Source: Somniosus microcephalus
Lineage: Eukaryota
Length of the DNA: 64,000 bases
Assembly: GCA_052327205.1 (NCBI GenBank)
Contig: CM126226.1
Location: 51,212,001-51,276,000, forward strand
Direction: 5' to 3'
Shown here: piece by piece, positions 62,573 to 64,000 of the stretch
How positions within the stretch are numbered: the stretch's first letter is position 1
How the letters are laid out: each line of letters opens with the position of its first letter
The notes under the pieces: generated by a model
What the model saw: only the letters and a program-made list of their open reading frames with translations
Databases searched by the model: none
What the model was told of the DNA's origin: nothing
Program-made: the position numbers and the translations under genes

Positions 62573-62703
62573 GTATATTTATTTGATAGTTAAGTCAAAC
62601 TAGCACTGATCAAATGGGTGTCATCAACCATGAGTTATTTTAATCTTGTACTTTTCCACCGACTACACGATTGCTGAATGTTTGTTCTTTTTCCTCCTTG
62701 CAG

Positions 62704-62802
62704 CATGACCCTGCCCCTTAACCCAGAGATCCCCAAGGTGTTTGCAGCATTGCCTGAGTTCTATTTAGAAGATGTTGCTGAATTTTTGCTGTTTATTGTA
62801 CA
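62704..62802 (+). CDS. UBE4B: UBE4B exon 20 (99 nt, phase 2-2)
   Basis: ttgcag|C...GTACA|gtaagt; [33 protein letters not shown]. Confidence 0.96.
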
Positions 62803-63227
62803 GTAAGTAAATGTAATTCCAGCAGCAGTAACAATGTGGGATTAATTCTTGGACACTTGGTCACCGGTGCACTCGTCAAAACAGGCTCTCTTTCCAACAA
62901 GGTTGGTCAACTGCAAGTACAAAGGACCACCACTGCTCTAGGAGCATTGGCTCCACAGTGTGCTCAACTAAACTAAGGTTCATGTGATTCTCTCTCTCTA
63001 CATGTCAAAATCTTTAATCTAGTACACAGCATTATCAAAAGTATTTTTTTTGTTAAAGGTGGGAAGAATGCCAGTCATTTCCTGCTGGTTTTTCAGATCT
63101 TGGTCATTTGGTCTCTTTCTCCCCCCCCCCCCCCCCAACCACCACCACCACCATGGGAGGGGGTGGGGCAGGGATTTTCATGGAAGAATTGCCTATTTAT
63201 ACAACTTGCCAACAGTTCTGATCACCA

Positions 63228-63690
63228 CACTACGGGAAAGATGTGCTTGCACTAGAGGGGCTACAGAGGAGATTTGAGGATGTTGCCAGGACCTGGAGAG
63301 TTTTAGCTATGAGGAAAGATTGGATAGGCTGGGGTTATTTCCTTTGGAGCAGAGGAGGCTGAGAGGGGATTTAATTGAGGTGTATAAAATTATGAGGGGC
63401 CTAGATAGAGTGGATAGGGAGCATCTGTTTCCCTTAGCAGAGAGGTCAATAACCAGGGGGCACAGATTGAAAGTCATTGGTAGAGGGGAGTTGAGCCGAA
63501 CATTTTTCACCGAGGGCGGTGGGGGTCTGGAACTCGCTGCCTGAAAGGGAGGTAGAGGCAGAAACCCTCATTGCATTTAAAAGGTACTTGGATATACACT
63601 TGAAGTGCCGTAACCGACAGGGCTACGGACCAAGAGCTGGAAAGTGGGATTAAGCTGGATAGCTCTTTGTCGTAAATTTCTTTGATTCTA
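63228..63690 (+). mobile_element. CR1 3' fragment
   Basis: ORF 63320-63544 (DRLGLFPLEQRRLRGDLIEVYKIMRGLDRVD..RGHRLKV). Confidence 0.92.
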
Positions 63691-64000
63691 GAACAGTGAT
63701 CTTAAAGGGGAGGGCCAAGTTACACACGCGTCCATTTTAGCAGCTAAGCAGTGCAGTCATGCTCCCTCACTTACACACGAGCAGTGCCGCAGGACATCAG
63801 CTATGGGTAGTAAATACTATTGCAAGTGCTTTTGAGGGTTAATCCAAATGACGTGCCAATGGAAGAAAAGTCAGTGATGAGGGAAGAACATTTCATTCCC
63901 CCCCTTCATATTACCCATTATCTTAATTAGATTGCAAACATTTTTCTGTACCATTTACAATGCAAATATATATTTTTATGGAGTAATAACCAGAACTGAC

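Noticed and set aside
63120-63171. Poly-Pro/His ORF 63050-63277
   Set aside because: Translation of a C-run plus (CAC)n simple repeat; no splice context or homology.

Overview
Eukaryotic, intron-rich, CpG-poor vertebrate DNA. The repeat content (shark-type CR1 and L2 LINEs, Deu-domain SINEs, Penelope-type palindromes) points to a cartilaginous fish, most likely a shark; this is inference. The whole window lies inside one + strand gene, UBE4B (UFD2a, U-box E4/E3 ubiquitin ligase). I could splice 20 coding exons with GT-AG sites into one continuous frame of about 2.8 kb: exons 2-20 by human numbering, plus the alternative exon 7a. Exon 1/promoter lies upstream and the U-box exons lie downstream of the window. 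Most of the ORF track is noise or retroelement debris. The most interesting region is exon 7 to exon 8 (30.1-38.0 kb). It holds the Ser/Pro-rich cassette exon 7, the acidic muscle-type exon 7a, a candidate frame-shifting exon, and a candidate alternative last exon with AATAAA. It also has clustered RBFOX/QKI motifs, and exon 7a plus the two candidate exons are bracketed by two oppositely oriented copies of one MITE. I found no evidence for CRISPR, prokaryotic or defence-type systems. Exon coordinates are exact; repeat boundaries are approximate unless TIR/TSD positions are given. Comparisons to human UBE4B and repeat consensuses are from memory, not a database search.
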